This document shows, in pieces, positions 14,111 through 26,959 of a stretch of 64,000 nucleotides of DNA. The stretch lies in NCBI RefSeq assembly GCF_036321535.1, contig NC_087437.1:118298001-118362000 (forward strand), given 5' to 3'. The stretch is from Camelus dromedarius. Taxonomy: Eukaryota. How positions within the stretch are numbered: position 1 is the stretch's first letter; the number at the start of each line of letters is the position of its first letter. A program made the position numbers and the translations under genes. The notes beneath the pieces are model-generated. The model worked only from the letters and a program-made list of their open reading frames with translations, was not told the origin of the DNA and made no database searches.

Positions 14111-17100
14111 CAGGGGCCTCCCTGCCTGCTCCGCCAAACACACTTGGAAACCCAGAAAACCCACGTGCCCGCCTCTGAAAGGCTGCTGAGTGCTCTGCCT
14201 AACCTAATGCTAACTGTATTATTTTCACTGCTATTAATTATTTATGAGGCACATTCATAATCTCAGCCGTAGAATTCAGCTAATTTTGTGACATTGGGAT
14301 GCCGCAGATTTTGTAAATACATCCACTGAAAAATCTGTCATTTTATTTTTTCAGATACAAATTTCTAGTCTCCTGCAGTGTTCTTAGGTCTCTCTTTATA
14401 AAATGACCTTCTCTATTTTCTTCTCTCTCTCCCCACCCCCTCTCTCTCCTTCACACGGGTTTCAATGCCTACTGCATTAGGTCTCTTAACGAAATACTCA
14501 CTACACCTCATCCCAGACACATCAGTGATAAAATACTCTGACAGCTACGTGGAAGTCCAGGAATTAGGGATTTAGATTGGCTTTTTTCCCTTGGTCAAAA
14601 TTATTTCCCCTATCAGCATGCTGTATTGTACCAGATCTGCCGTGAGTCCCTGGTTCCCTGAGGCAGCAACAAACTGTGGTCACACTAAAGTGGCATCCAG
14701 GAGAGAGTAATAAGTCGAGAAGAATCGGCTGGCATTTATTAAAGGTCTGCATGGCATTTTGTTTTCCTACAGAGGGCATCTTGCAGGGGCACGCAGCTTA
14801 AGAGACCTAGAAATTTTAGATGAACCCTGTCACTCAGGGATAGAATTTTAATCTGCTTAATAAAAACAGGAGAAGGAGAAAGAGGAGGAAGCCCTGAATC
14901 TATTCACCTAATAACCTTTTTCTACTTCCACATATTCACACCAATTAAATAAAAATCACCTTAAAGTCCACAAGGTGCATTTGCAGTCACAAACATCTGC
15001 TCCTAAATTTAAATCAAATACAAGTTTGCAGTATGTAATTTCCTGTGATGACAGGTGACGCGGAAAGGTGCCACACAGCCCAATTTCCCTATGACGAGCA
15101 CCCTTCTCTCTCCTCACACCCAGCTTCTCTAAGCTCCACGGGCTCCCTGAAAACGGCACAGCGGCAAAGCCCAGAACTGCACGGCTCAGGGAAAGATGTC
15201 AGGGACACATGTGTACATAACAACAGAGATGCAGGAAAGAGCACAGATGTATTCTATAGACCAAGTCTGCTGATTAGTCATTGTTCTGCTTGTCTGGAGG
15301 CCCACCTATGCTCTTCACAAGAATCGTAAATGAGAATGTGCTCATGGGGGTTAAAATCAAGAGAAACTGTGATAACACACAACACACTGTGATCCCATCC
15401 CATGGAAATGTTGCAGGATGTGTATGCACATATGTGCAGACCCATTCCAGTGCACTGCAACTGAAGCTCTCCTGAGAGCATTTTCAGAACATCGCAGGAC
15501 AAGTTGACTGCTTTAAAACATGATGACTGTCCCTGATCAGGTGAGGTAATTCAATCAAGGATTTAACCCATGAAGGGACTGCTCTCTGACTTCTGCTTTT
15601 TTTACCCAACATACTGTCTGCAGCCTATCTAGCAATCATACTTTCATTAAGAAATAAAGGTGCATCCCATTACATCAGTAGGAAAAATGCAGATACACTG
15701 TGGCCTTCTTATTTGATTAGTACCCCAAAATATCAAACTGAACAATCTTTTACAAATAGATTGTTTTATCATACCAGACATTTTGATGTTTGAGGCCTAG
15801 CAGTAATCAGTTTAGGTATTAGAATTCATAGATCTTTTATCACACACATTCAGGAATTTTTCAAAATTAAGGAAGACCAAAATATGACAGTTATTGGGGG
15901 GAAAATGCCTCCATTTTTTTTCCAAGTCTCGCTCAAATAGGTAAGAACCATTTAATTTCACATTTTTGAAATACCATCCTATGAACAGGCATCATTCCAA
16001 ACTGGACTCTTATTTGATTTTGACATGACTATACATTTTATGATCCTTTCCAAACTATGCATTGAACATCATTCCTTGAAAAACTCTTTAAAGCTAGTTC
16101 CCCCTCAAAATGAAAGAGTCCAAAGCTCTACAGTCAGGCCTTTTTTTTTTTTTTTTAAATGCTTGAACATATAAAGAGAAGGCCATTTTATATAAGAGAG
16201 TACCATAGTCTTCTGGTAGACAGTATTAGAGCATGCAATAGAGCAATGTAAAATATTAATTGGCATGTACAGTATCTATCTCATACTGTGAAATCTACCT
16301 GTATCCATTACAGTATCAATAATGGTGATTATCAATCAATTTTAAGGGTCATGAAAAAGGTGTAAGAAGACAGTGCTCATAGGACTCAGTATATATGCAC
16401 ATATCTAGTCATTGCACATACTGTCCATAGACTAGATTATTTGAAGTTTTGTATGATTTTCTCACTATACATGATTCTATCATGATTATTTTAGTAAAAC
16501 TGATTGCAAAAAAAGTCACACATTTTAGTACCTCCCTTTCAGAGACTGTACCAGAAATTCTTCCATACTATTTCTGTCATATGTAACTGGGAAACTGTAA
16601 AATAGATACCAATTGACTGACAATCTGAAGCACAACCTCTTTCGTCTCCCTGAAATACATATTTGCCAATAGGGTGGAAATTATGCTTCATCCTATAATC
16701 CAGGCCCTTCTGAGGAGTCCGGAGATGTACGTCCTGACAGGTAAGACAGGCCGTCAAGGCTTTGTGGCATGTATGTGAGCATTTTCACATTTTCTCTGAG
16801 TTCACATTAGCAGAGCAGTATAAAGGGCTGACTGTCCTGATGCATCATTGCACATTAGCTAAAGCAGATCTATCCCCCAAGGTAAATTCCCGCGAGGCTG
16901 CAGAAGAGGTATAGTGCCCTCTGGGAAAGATGGGTGTCATGTCAGAACTTGTTGCAATTCTTTCCTGCTAGGAAATCTCAAAATGAAAAGTTTTGAACAC
17001 TTTGCTTTAGGTTATATTAGAGAGCAAAGTATCATTTTAATGTTAATTTCAGGACTTCCTTCTTGCAGTGCTATCTTTTCTTAGTCATCTTTTTTTTTAA

Positions 17101-18285
17101 TTTTACAAAGTTTATACATTTCCTCTGGCCCATCAGTGTGTTCAATTCTTTAAGTACTACCTTGATAGGCAAAGAAAACGCACCCCTATGCAGCTGACAC
17201 TCAGAGCTGCCCTGTGCCTCTTCCAGGAAAATCTTACAACCTCCCCTTGGCTTCTGGTATTTTCTCACAAGGGCGAGATTTCCTTCCTTTCTCTCTCTCT
17301 CCCCCCCATCCCCCCTCCCTTCTGGGTAGTGGATTCTGCTTAATGGTTTAATTTTAACTGTCAGCAAGTCATACATTTTATGCAGATTTGTGTTCCGAAA
17401 TTTGAAATGGGAATTTAAGCTGTAGCTACTCCCAGGCAATGCCAAATGATGACAATTTCCTCTCATTCCCAAATGAGAGGAAGCCATTCATACACGCAAG
17501 TTCATATTTACGCGGTGACAGGCAACTGAAGGTGCAGTCACACTTACTAACTGGATCTGACTCAGTCAAGAGCAATAGCTTTTCAAATATCCAGGAAGAA
17601 AGCATTTCAAGATATAGTATTAGATGGGCATGAGGAAAGGAATGCTATTTACAACATTCATTTTTACAACCATACAGGTGTTTTAAAGAATTTGTCAACA
17701 TTTCAGATGATGTAATGCTTATCGGTGCATATTTTTACATAGATGACTGAGGACTCTGTAGTACCAAGAGGGTGGGGGGTCTGGGAGGGGGGAGGTGGAA
17801 GGATAGATCTTTCCTAAAGGCGTTCTTGCTGCTGGAGATGAATTGTAGCAGAATTAAAGCACATGTTTTAAAAGCTCAAAAAGCTTTGAATCTGAAGGCA
17901 AACGCTCTCAACTGACCCCTCCACCTGCCTGCACTTGGAATGTCATGACCCTTTCAGGCTGTGATGTGTCAAAGTGGCGGATCTTTCCCTTCTCTCCTCC
18001 TCTCACCAAACCTGGTTTATTCTGAATGAGGTAGTACTGGAGTTAGCTCAGAGCTGTCACTTTGCTAGGTAAGCGCCTTTAAATGATTACAGAGCAATTT
18101 TCCCCCTGCCTCTCTTCACTGCCTCTTCTCCTCCCCAAATAAAGATGATTAATATTTTTAAAAAATAAAAGCATGAAAATATCAACACAGAGACAGGAGG
18201 GAAAGGGAAAGACTTCACCCATGCATCCAATCCCCCTACACTCCGGTCAGTACAAATGAAATTCATCACAAATCGAAAGGCTCAC

Positions 18286-18328
18286 CATTCGCGAAGCTCT
18301 GGAACAAGGAGAGAGCCAGTATCCACAT
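18286..18328 (-). CDS. DSCAM: DSCAM first coding exon (43 nt, signal peptide start MWILALSLFQSFAN + 1 nt); remaining exons not in window
   Basis: Minus strand reads GGGGC-ATG TGG ATA CTG GCT CTC TCC TTG TTC CAG AGC TTC GCG AAT G|GTGAGC. This matches the known DSCAM N-terminus MWILALSLFQSFANV, with a phase-1 GTGAG donor at 18285-18281. Confidence 0.95.
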
Positions 18329-18975
18329 GCCCCTGCTGCTCTCCGGCCTCCCGCGAGCGCCGCGCCGGCCTCGCCCCCCGCGCTCCGCCCGGCTCCGCTC
18401 GCTCGCCACCTGCCCAAGGGCCGCTGCCCGCCCGCCGCCGCCGCTGCCGAGCCGCCCGGGCACGCGGCGCGGCCGGGCTCCGGGGCGAGGGCTGCGCTCG
18501 CCGCGCGCTGCGCTCCTGCACACCTGCTCCCGGGCGCCGCGCCCAACGCTGCGGCCAGAGCGGGCCGGCGGGGCTGCAGCCCAGGTGCGCCGTCAGCTCA
18601 GGCGGCCGCCGGCAGGTCGGCAGGTGGACAGAGCCGCAGACGCGGGCGTGAGCTCATCCCGGGCACCCGGCGCCCCGAATGCGCAGCAAGCGGCCTCCCG
18701 TGCGCCAGCCCTCAGCCTCCACATCCAGGCAGCAGGCGGGCGGGCAGGCTCATCTTTCCTCTCCTGCGGCCCGAATCACATTGATCCCTCGCTAACCTTC
18801 CCTGCCTGGGAGGCGGGCGGGCGGGCGAGGAGCGAGCGGAGAGGAGGCGAGCGGGGACCCCCTCCCCTGCCTCTGGCCGCTGGGGCGCTCTGCAGTCTTA
18901 AAGCAGCAGCGGATAAGTGGAACCGAACTGGAGGCAGGACCGGCGAGAGCGCAGCCACCACACAGTCAACGCGCA
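18329..18975 (-). promoter_or_regulatory. DSCAM: DSCAM CpG-island promoter and GC-rich 5'UTR
   Basis: Very GC/CpG-rich block directly upstream of the ATG, with (GGC)n and GGGCGG repeats and a TTTAAGA TATA-like box at about 18897-18903 (minus strand). Exact TSS not determinable. Confidence 0.88.
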
Positions 18976-20094
18976 GTCATCAAGATGCATTTCTTCGAGG
19001 CTTAAATAATCATTTCAACAGCCGATTATTTTTAGTTATTTTCTTGCCGGCTGCTAATAAGATATGGCCAGGGGTGACTATTCCGGAAGGTTGCCAGATA
19101 AGCAGAGGTGACCATGAAACCTTAGCAGTTTAAATAAAATGTACAGCTAGATTTAGATTTCGTATTTACTGTCATAAAAGTCCAGTTCATTTGCCTAGAG
19201 GGAAAAGCAGCTTCCAAATCCTGCTGCTACTATGAAGATCTCTATGGTTTCACCGGCTAATTTTTAATTATCTCAGATACATCCTAGACTACAAACACAG
19301 GCAATTCTAATTTTGCTTTCTGAATGGTGAAAAAAAACTGATTAAAATTGCTGATAATCTGAGTAATTCCAAACATATAACCCCTTTCACATCACTGTGA
19401 AATGCCAATGTGACAACATTTCCTGAATGTTCTGCATGGTCGTTAGTCATAATAATATTTAAATACAACCTTTAAAAAGGGCATGCTTCCATATTCCATC
19501 CCTTTTCAGAATAATGACCAACAGGGCTGGAATGCACTTCAATTTAGGATCCCACACAGAATTTGAGAGGCAAGGCGGGAAAGACTGAGAGAAGCATTTG
19601 AGGAGGAGGGCAGTCTCATGGGAAATTAGTGGGCTTCCAAGGCCCTGGGTATCGTGCTAAGCTCCATGCACCCCTCCAAGTACAAGGGGGATTCAGCACA
19701 CCTAGAGCAGCTCACAAAATAACAGGAAAAGCAAATGGTGAGGCAGAAACAAAATGGTGTTTTACCAGAGTTGGGCACAAGATGGCCAGGCCCCATGTAT
19801 GAGGAAGGGCCAGCTGAGCCAGTGATGCTGCTGCGAGCTGCTCGCCATCGCTCTGCAGCTGCAGGTGGTCACGTGCTGCCGCCCACTAGGGGCCAGCCCA
19901 GCCCTGCCCTACCACACTCCCCAGTGTCCTCTGGCTTTGCCTGCCCCGGGTGCTCATGCTCTGGTCTTTCCTAAATGCAGTCCAGGAAGGCAGGTAACGG
20001 GTGATTTCTGCTCCCGCATCCGTCTCCTCCACCCATCCATTCGAATCACAAATTCGTAACTGCATACCAGCCATCTGTGAGGCTCCACTCAGCC

Positions 20095-20270
20095 TTAGGA
20101 GTGAGACACTCCAGCTCTGGGGTCAGACACACTCCGGGTCTGAGCACCGCTTATCCACTTACCCAATGCGGGCTTGTGCACGTTACTCGGGCCTCATCCT
20201 CATATGCAGAATTATCAAGGTTCCTAATGCGGTTGTGAAGATCCGATGACATATTCCTAGCATGTGGTCA
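20095..20270 (+). mobile_element. MIR SINE
   Basis: gctctggggtcagacacactccgggtctgag...gcctcatcctcatatgcaga...ggttgtgaagatccgatga. Confidence 0.65.
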
Positions 20271-20310
20271 CCGTGATAGATGATGCTGTGGTTATTACTG
20301 AGTTTAGCAG

Positions 20311-21591
20311 CAGGGACGGTTACATAATTTGCAGGGTCCAGTGCAAAATGAAAAGGGGAGGGGGGCTCTTTTCACAAAAAGGATAAAAGTGCCACTTAAG
20401 GTGCTAAAGTATAAAGTCTTTCCCTTTCTTTCTCAGTCTCTCCCAACCTGTCAGGGTGTTTTTTATTTGCTGTTTAACGCCATGCTGCCTCCGGCACAGG
20501 AATAGTCCCGGGTGAGTGATGTGACTCAGGGAAGCACCAGTGGCCCCATCTATGACCGCCAGTGGACCATTCGGGAGGGGGAAGTCGGTCTCCCCTTCCT
20601 GCAGGCTGCAGCCCCAGCACGCAGTGGACAGGAGATCCCAGAGGGAATGCAGGCTCCGTGCTGGGCAGCACTTGACCCTGGCTCGGAGGAGGCCCTGGCC
20701 AAGGCGCCTGGGGAGTACGCCCTGGGGAGGGCGGGCACCGCCGGGCTGCGCCCTGGCACACCGCGCTGGTTCACGTGCCCAGCCTCAACCTCCCCGTGCG
20801 GTCCCAAGGCCCCCCGCACGGGCGGAGGGCACAGCAGAACCCAGCCTGCTCCTGCAGCACGACCCGGAGCAGGAGTGACCGCAGGCCGGGGAGGTGGAGG
20901 CGGCCAAGGCCCAGGGCACCACGGCCTGGGGAAGTGGGCGGCCGAGAGCCCCTCCTGAGGAGGTGACGGGAGGCAGGAGGGCGCGGGAGCCAGAAATGCA
21001 GGGATAACATTAATTTTAAAATTCAGTGAAAATTTCAAGATGGCAACTACAGAGCACTTAACCACAAGGGCCGGCTTTTCTCAGAAGGGGTGATTCCAGG
21101 GCAAGTTCATTTCTCACCCCTCTGGGGTCCCCGGGGCGGGGAATAAGATGGAGTCTGGGAAATAAGATAAGGTCTAACCTTTTGTGCTTAGTCGAGATCC
21201 AGTTGCCGACAGCGTCCCGAATACAGACGCCTTATGCCTGACACGTCACAACCGCGGCCGACTTTGTGTGAGGAGAAGCGCGGAACCCCGCACCGCAGCC
21301 CAAGATGGCGGCTGCCGGCTGTGCGCAGAGAGGCTGCACTTTGCATGAAACACGCATGCGCAGACTGCAGTGACTCCGCCCCTCTCGCCTGCAAAGCAGC
21401 CCCGCCTTTCGCAAGAGCCTGTGCTCTAAAGCCAGAGCCCACACCACTCCGTTCTTTGTTGGAGTTGTAAAACCTTCCTTTGCTCCTGGACCCAACTCAG
21501 TCTCATTCTGTTGGTGTGAGCGGCACTGGGTCGAAGGGCCCTTGTTGGGGCCCAACTCAAAAGGGTCTGTAACATCACGAAGCCAGCCCTC
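20311..21591 (-). mobile_element. MER45-type (hAT-Tip100, probably MER45C) element interrupted near one end by an LTR
   Basis: Left end cagggacggttacataatttgcagggtccagtgcaaaatgaaaa; near the right end aatttcaagatggcaactacagagca; terminal gaagccagccct resumes after the LTR. Confidence 0.75.
21100..21573 (+). mobile_element. Solo ERV LTR, CpG-rich; family not assigned
   Basis: U3-like promoter motifs, then a U5-like end (cagtctcattctgttggtgtgagcggcac...gggtctgtaaca) closing in CA. It splits the MER45 terminus. Left boundary uncertain. Confidence 0.65.
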
Positions 21592-22542
21592 TGTGTTACC
21601 CCTCTAATGCATCTGCCACAGACTGAGTTGGTTAATGACCTAGAATGGGCCTACCAGAGCACCAACCTCTCTTCTTGCAAATATTTTTAGAACATACTTC
21701 AGTATAAAAACGTACTTATATCCCACAAAATGGTGAGCTTCCTGAGATCAGATGTTGCATCTCTCCTGTTCCAGAAGCTGTCCCCAAAGCCGGGCACACG
21801 CACAGAGAATGCTGGTGAAAAGCAATGTAGATTCTGATGCAGGCGGAAGGCCAAGCCTGCTCTGTGATACGTACACAGAGTGCTTCGTAGTCACCCTTGG
21901 AGAAGTCTTCTGGGGCACATGGCAATTTAGCTGAGCCAGCAAGTGCATTTAAGATGTTAACATGCAACACTAAGTCAAGGAAAGGGGGCATTCTACTCTG
22001 ACCCAGCAGACATCAGGAAAAGCCAGCTTTATTGAGATACGGAGGTTTAACGTGGGTTGGTTGGAAACCTCCTGGGGGGTTCCCTGGGTGACTGGCTCCA
22101 GAGAGAGAGAGAAAAGACAGAGGAAGCCACACTGGAAGGCAGGTGGCAGGTATAATAAGCAAGTGGACTTACATAGGAAGCTTGTCTTGGGTGTCTCAAG
22201 GTAGGTAGGTCTTTGCACCCACCCCTAGAATCTTAAAAGTGTATTACAAGAAGATTTACTGGGGTTCAGTCACATATCCAGTCCAGACAGTCACAACACC
22301 TAGTTCCCTCAAGGTTGCGTCCCTGAAGCAGCACCTAGTACAGAAAGGCATGAGATGGGGGGCTGGCAGGAAGCAGCCTCTGATTGCCTGGGTCCAGCTT
22401 GAGGGTCAACTGGGGGTGGGGTCCTCTTGATGACCTCCACCAACAATGTAATTCTTATTTTTGGTTCTTCTGATTAATGTAAATCTTGGCCTCCTAAAGA
22501 TCAGCCTTTGACCTGAGAGCATTCCACGTGGAATTTCCCCCC

Positions 22543-22595
22543 AACACACACACACACACTCACACACTCACACACACTCACAACACTCACACACA
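22543..22595. repeat. Imperfect (CA)n microsatellite
   Basis: aacacacacacacacactcacacactcacacacactcacaacactcacacaca. Confidence 0.85.
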
Positions 22596-22960
22596 GTCTG
22601 TCCTCTTTCTGCTTGGGTCAGCCTTCCTGGCAGAAGAGACACAGAGTCAAAGAGGCTAATTTTGTGTCCACCGGAATGATGCCAAATAAGAAACAACACT
22701 CACTTGAGAAGCATCATCATCCAAGTTTCATGGTCGGTTACTCCTCCCTTTTCTGTTGCAGAATCAAGAAGAGCATCTCTGAAGAGGTGGCATTTGAGCT
22801 GCGTTCTAGAGGAGGGGCCAAGGGTTGCACGTTGATGGGGACAAGTGAGGAGGACATTACAGGTGGCAAGGTCATCAGTGGACAAAGTGGAAAGGCTCCC
22901 CCCTTCTGATGCATGGAGTGGATTCTGACCAAGAGGATACAGAGTTGCCCAAATGGGAGC

Positions 22961-23397
22961 TGTGTTAGTGTCCTCAGGCTGATTACCACAAACCAGATGA
23001 CTTAACACAACAGAAATTTATCGTCTCAATTCTGGAGGACAGAATCAAGCTTTTGACAGGGCTACACTTCTGAAACCTGCACGGGAGCATCCTTCCTACC
23101 TCTTCCAGCTTCTGATGGTGGCCGGCAGTCCTTAGCGTTCCCTGGCTTGTAGAGGTATCACTCCAGTCTCTGTCTTTACATGGCCTTCTTCCTCTGTGTT
23201 TCTCTGCCTTCTTCCCTTCTTCTTATAAGAACAGCAGTCATATTTCATGAGGGACTCACCCTAATTCAGTGTGACCTCATCTTAACTGATTACATCTGCA
23301 ACTTGCAAAGAGCCTACTTCCGAATAAGGTCACATCTGAGATATCGGGGGCTAGGATTTCAATATCATTTGGAAGAGACACAATTCAACCCATAACA
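22961..23397 (-). mobile_element. MLT1 (MaLR) solo LTR, MLT1B/C-like
   Basis: tgtgttagt...acaacagaaatttat...gacctcatcttaactgattacatctgca...cacaattcaacccataaca; flanked by ggagc / ggacc (4/5 TSD). Confidence 0.88.
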
Positions 23398-24860
23398 GGA
23401 CCCAAGATGCCTGAACTCAAAAGACGAGAGACATGGGAAGAGTTTCCTAAGAGAAAGGAACATGGACTTGGTTGGGGACTCCAGGGTCTTAGTGCACTTC
23501 TCACTTGCACCATGAGGACCCGAGGGCCATTTGTGGTGTATGTGCCCAAGAGAGTTTGGAATTCACCCTGGATTCTCAGGTTCTCCCTTTGGAAAATGAA
23601 ATAATCATGCCTGCTCTTCTTATCTTCAAGGATTGTTGGGATGATCAAATGAGATAAGGGAACTGGCTTCGATAAGGATTACACAGAGAACAACTACATG
23701 GAATCATTACTGTCTACAACTGGACCTGCAGAAACATTTGGAGTAAATTTATTACTTGATAAAGCCTCATTCTGGCCGCTGCTGCTTTGATTAAATTGAA
23801 GTCAGGCACTATTACACCTCTGGTCTCAGAACAGCAAAGGGCAGAGACAGTCAAGAATGTCAGCGGTGGCCCATACAATTCTTCCTCCAGTGAACTGATG
23901 GAGACGTTCAACAAATATTTGGAACACACCTGCTACCTCCAAGTTGCTCTAATGACTCCTGGGAGCTTAAAGATGAACAAGTGTGGACCGGGAGAGGCAC
24001 TCTGGTGCCTCTGGGCTGCTTGAAATACCCCCTGTCTGACTCTGTCTGGGTGAAAGTTACAAGAATACACAGACACATAAAAATTCATCAGGCTGTACAC
24101 TTAAGATTAGTTGCTGTATGTAAAAAAACTAACTGGCACAGTCCCTACTAACCTCAGAGTTCAGTGGATCTGAATTATAATCACTTGATCAGATAAGCTC
24201 TATAATTGGGAGGCTGTAATTGGCACATGTAGCTCAGCCAGCTAAGGGTGTGTGTGTGGTGTGGGAGCAAGCATGTCAGGAAGTGAGACGGCAACAGAAG
24301 GACTGGTGCAATGAGGTGTTTGAACTTTGTCCTAAAGGCGAGAGGAAGCAGGAAGTGACACGATCAGATTTACGTTTTGGGAACATTCCCTCCTAGGGAC
24401 ACAGTGGAGAATGGCCTGAGGGTTTCAAGGACACAGGGAGACCGTTAGAAAATCAGCCTGAGTCCAAAGGGAAATGATTAAGGCCTGGTGAAAGCCATGG
24501 CCCTGGGATGAAGGCACTTGCATAGGTTGGAGATATTTAAAAGGCGAGAGGATCAGACTTAGAACTACTACTAACATGGTGAGAGTTGCTGTCACCATGA
24601 ACCTAGTGGCTCTTCAGTACATCACTGGCATTTACTCAGCACTGGCCTGTCCAGTTCTGTACCAGGTGCTGCACGTGCTCACCCAGACCAATTCCTGTCC
24701 CTGCGACAAGAGCTGTTCCTGTCGTTCCCATTCTTCAGACGGGAAGACTCTGCTCAGAGAGGCCCAGAAACTTGCACTGCAGCACCCAGCCCTAAAGGCA
24801 GAACTTGGCTGGAACCCAAGCACGATTCTATGGGCCTGGTGACGATGGGTCTCCTCTGAA

Positions 24861-25018
24861 CAGGGAGACAGGGAGGAGCTGGTGGGAGAGACAGAAAGTG
24901 GTGAGAGATAGGGAGGAACTGGTGGGAGAGAGAGACCAGAAGTGGGAGGGTCAGAAAGTGGGGACAGACAGGCAGGAAGTGGTGAGTGATAGGGAGGAGG
25001 TGGTGAGAGGTAGGGAGG
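24861..25018. repeat. Degenerate purine-rich tandem repeat (about 19-20 bp unit, gagayagggaggarstggtg)
   Basis: Repeated gagacagggaggagctggtg / gagatagggaggaactggtg / gtgatagggaggaggtggtg variants. Confidence 0.65.
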
Positions 25019-25079
25019 ACACCTAGATGACTCCCAGGATTCCATCTGGGTTGCCTGTGTGGACAGGGAAGCCACTGAC

Positions 25080-25710
25080 CAGAAACAGGGACACCATCAT
25101 CTCTCAGAGGCTTCCAGTGCTCCTCCCACATCTACCCTCACCCCCACAGTCTAGTCTCTGTAAAACAGCCAGCATGATCTTCTTCTACACAAACGCACAG
25201 ATCACAGGAAGCTCTATTCCAAACTCTCCATTGTCTTCTGATCTTTCACAGCATGAAATTCAAAGTCCCTACCGTGACCGTGGCCATGGGCCTGTGCTCA
25301 CGACCCCCTCTTCCTCCTCCGGCACCACCTCCACCACCCTGTCATGTGGGTCTCCTGCTGCACACTCAGCCCCGCTTCCCTGACTTTCCTCAAACACATT
25401 GGACATATTCCCACACTCTACAGGTTTCCCTCAGATGCCCCTGGCGTTCACTCCCTACTATCTTACCCCCAGCTCCAACGCCTTCTCCTCAGAGTGGCTT
25501 TCCTGACAACCACCGACCCCCCGTACCAATAGCATTTCTACCCTGTCAACATTTATCCTCTGAGCTTTATTTTTCTCTATTTGTCTAGTAAAGACGTATA
25601 TTTACTAACTGGCTTACCCACCTCTGTGAAAGCTGGGACTGGTGCATTCCCCACACCCACAACAATGCTCAGCACATAGTAAGTGCTCAGTGGATGTCTG
25701 CTGAGTGATG
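25080..25710 (+). mobile_element. L2 3' fragment
   Basis: Pyrimidine-rich L2 body ending acaatgctcagcacatagtaagtgctcagtggatgtctgctgagtgatgaa. Confidence 0.7.
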
Positions 25711-26959
25711 AAATAGAAAGACTAGGTTTTCAAGAGAAACTTCATTAGAAGCAAAACCTCTCGGACCCTCACTTATGTCTCATCTGTTCCACTTTCTGGG
25801 AGACGTGTGGAATAGGAATAGCCAAAAAGACACCCAGAAGGAGGGGGTAAAACAACCTTCTTATCCATCAAATAATCTCAATGTGCATAAACATTTCATC
25901 AAAATAAATATTTCTTTACTCCCCACTGGGCAGGTGGCTGGCTAATAGGCACGCTAACCAGTTATTTTCCAAATGAAGACAGTTACCAAGTCTAGGGATT
26001 TGGATTGTAAGAGAAGGTCGAGGCGAGGTTTGCATCAAACATGTTTTAGAAGCGGAGAACACTTCAAAGGGAAACATGAGCCTGTATGGAGAGTGCTAAT
26101 CACAGCAGCCCACAGGGTTTCCAGCACAGGGAAGAGGGGCGGCCAGGGAGGGGCCACTGAAGAGGGGAGATGGGGGGAGCTGGACTGTAGATCCTGCGGG
26201 ATCCAGGCCAGTCCCCTGTGTCTGCCCAGGGCTAAAACCAGGGTTTGCGAATGTTCCCCAAAGACTAGTGTTCCCTCAACATTCCTGGGGTTGTGAGAAG
26301 TTCAGGTAGCTGTGTTTTGGATCTCATTACAGGAGATGCCTCAGCTCTGAATGTGGGGAAGGAGTCCTTCTGGGTCTGAGCATGAAGCTTTGACATCATG
26401 AGACATGACTCCATGTGGCCCTAGGGAAGCCACAGGGAAAACAGTCCAGTGTTCCTGGGTGACCCCCGAGTGCCCAGGCACAGCTCCCGCCTGTGGCTTC
26501 ATGGGGTGCACACCAGACACCACGGGATGGAGATGTAGTGCCTCAAGGGCCCCATCATTACCTGGGGGGATAGCGGATGGGGAGGAACAGGGACCAAAAC
26601 ACCAGTAGGAAAGGCCAGGGGGACAAGCCTGTGTTCCCAGTGGATGTGTGTTTGGAGCACTGTGGTCAGATGACTGTGGTCAGATGACTGTGAAGTCAGG
26701 CCCTGGAACTGCCACTGAACTGTGTGACCCTTGGAGGCGGGTGGTGGTGTGGAATTAGCCTCTGGCTTCAAAAGACAGTTCTGTTAACCCTATTTATGCC
26801 ACAGGGCCGCCAGGACGATTAGCTGAGGTAGATTGTGTAAAGCACCCAGAACAATGCACGCTTCCAACAGCATAACGTCACAGAACAAGGTGGATGACAA
26901 GTGAAGGCTGGGCTGGGGACACACGCGGGACAGACAAAAGCCAAATGTCAATAAAAGAC

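Noticed and set aside
13427..14260. Several 100-170 aa ORFs in the intronic CpG island
   Set aside because: Open in multiple frames because of GC content; no recognisable protein.
18247..19133. Long overlapping ORFs (up to 268 aa) across the DSCAM CpG island, and their twins at 48960-49694
   Set aside because: Low-complexity Arg/Ala/Pro/Gly products of stop-poor GC-rich DNA. Only the 43-nt DSCAM exon is recognisable.
20474..21555. ORF cluster in the GC-rich block
   Set aside because: Lies inside MER45-type and LTR sequence; no protein homology apparent.
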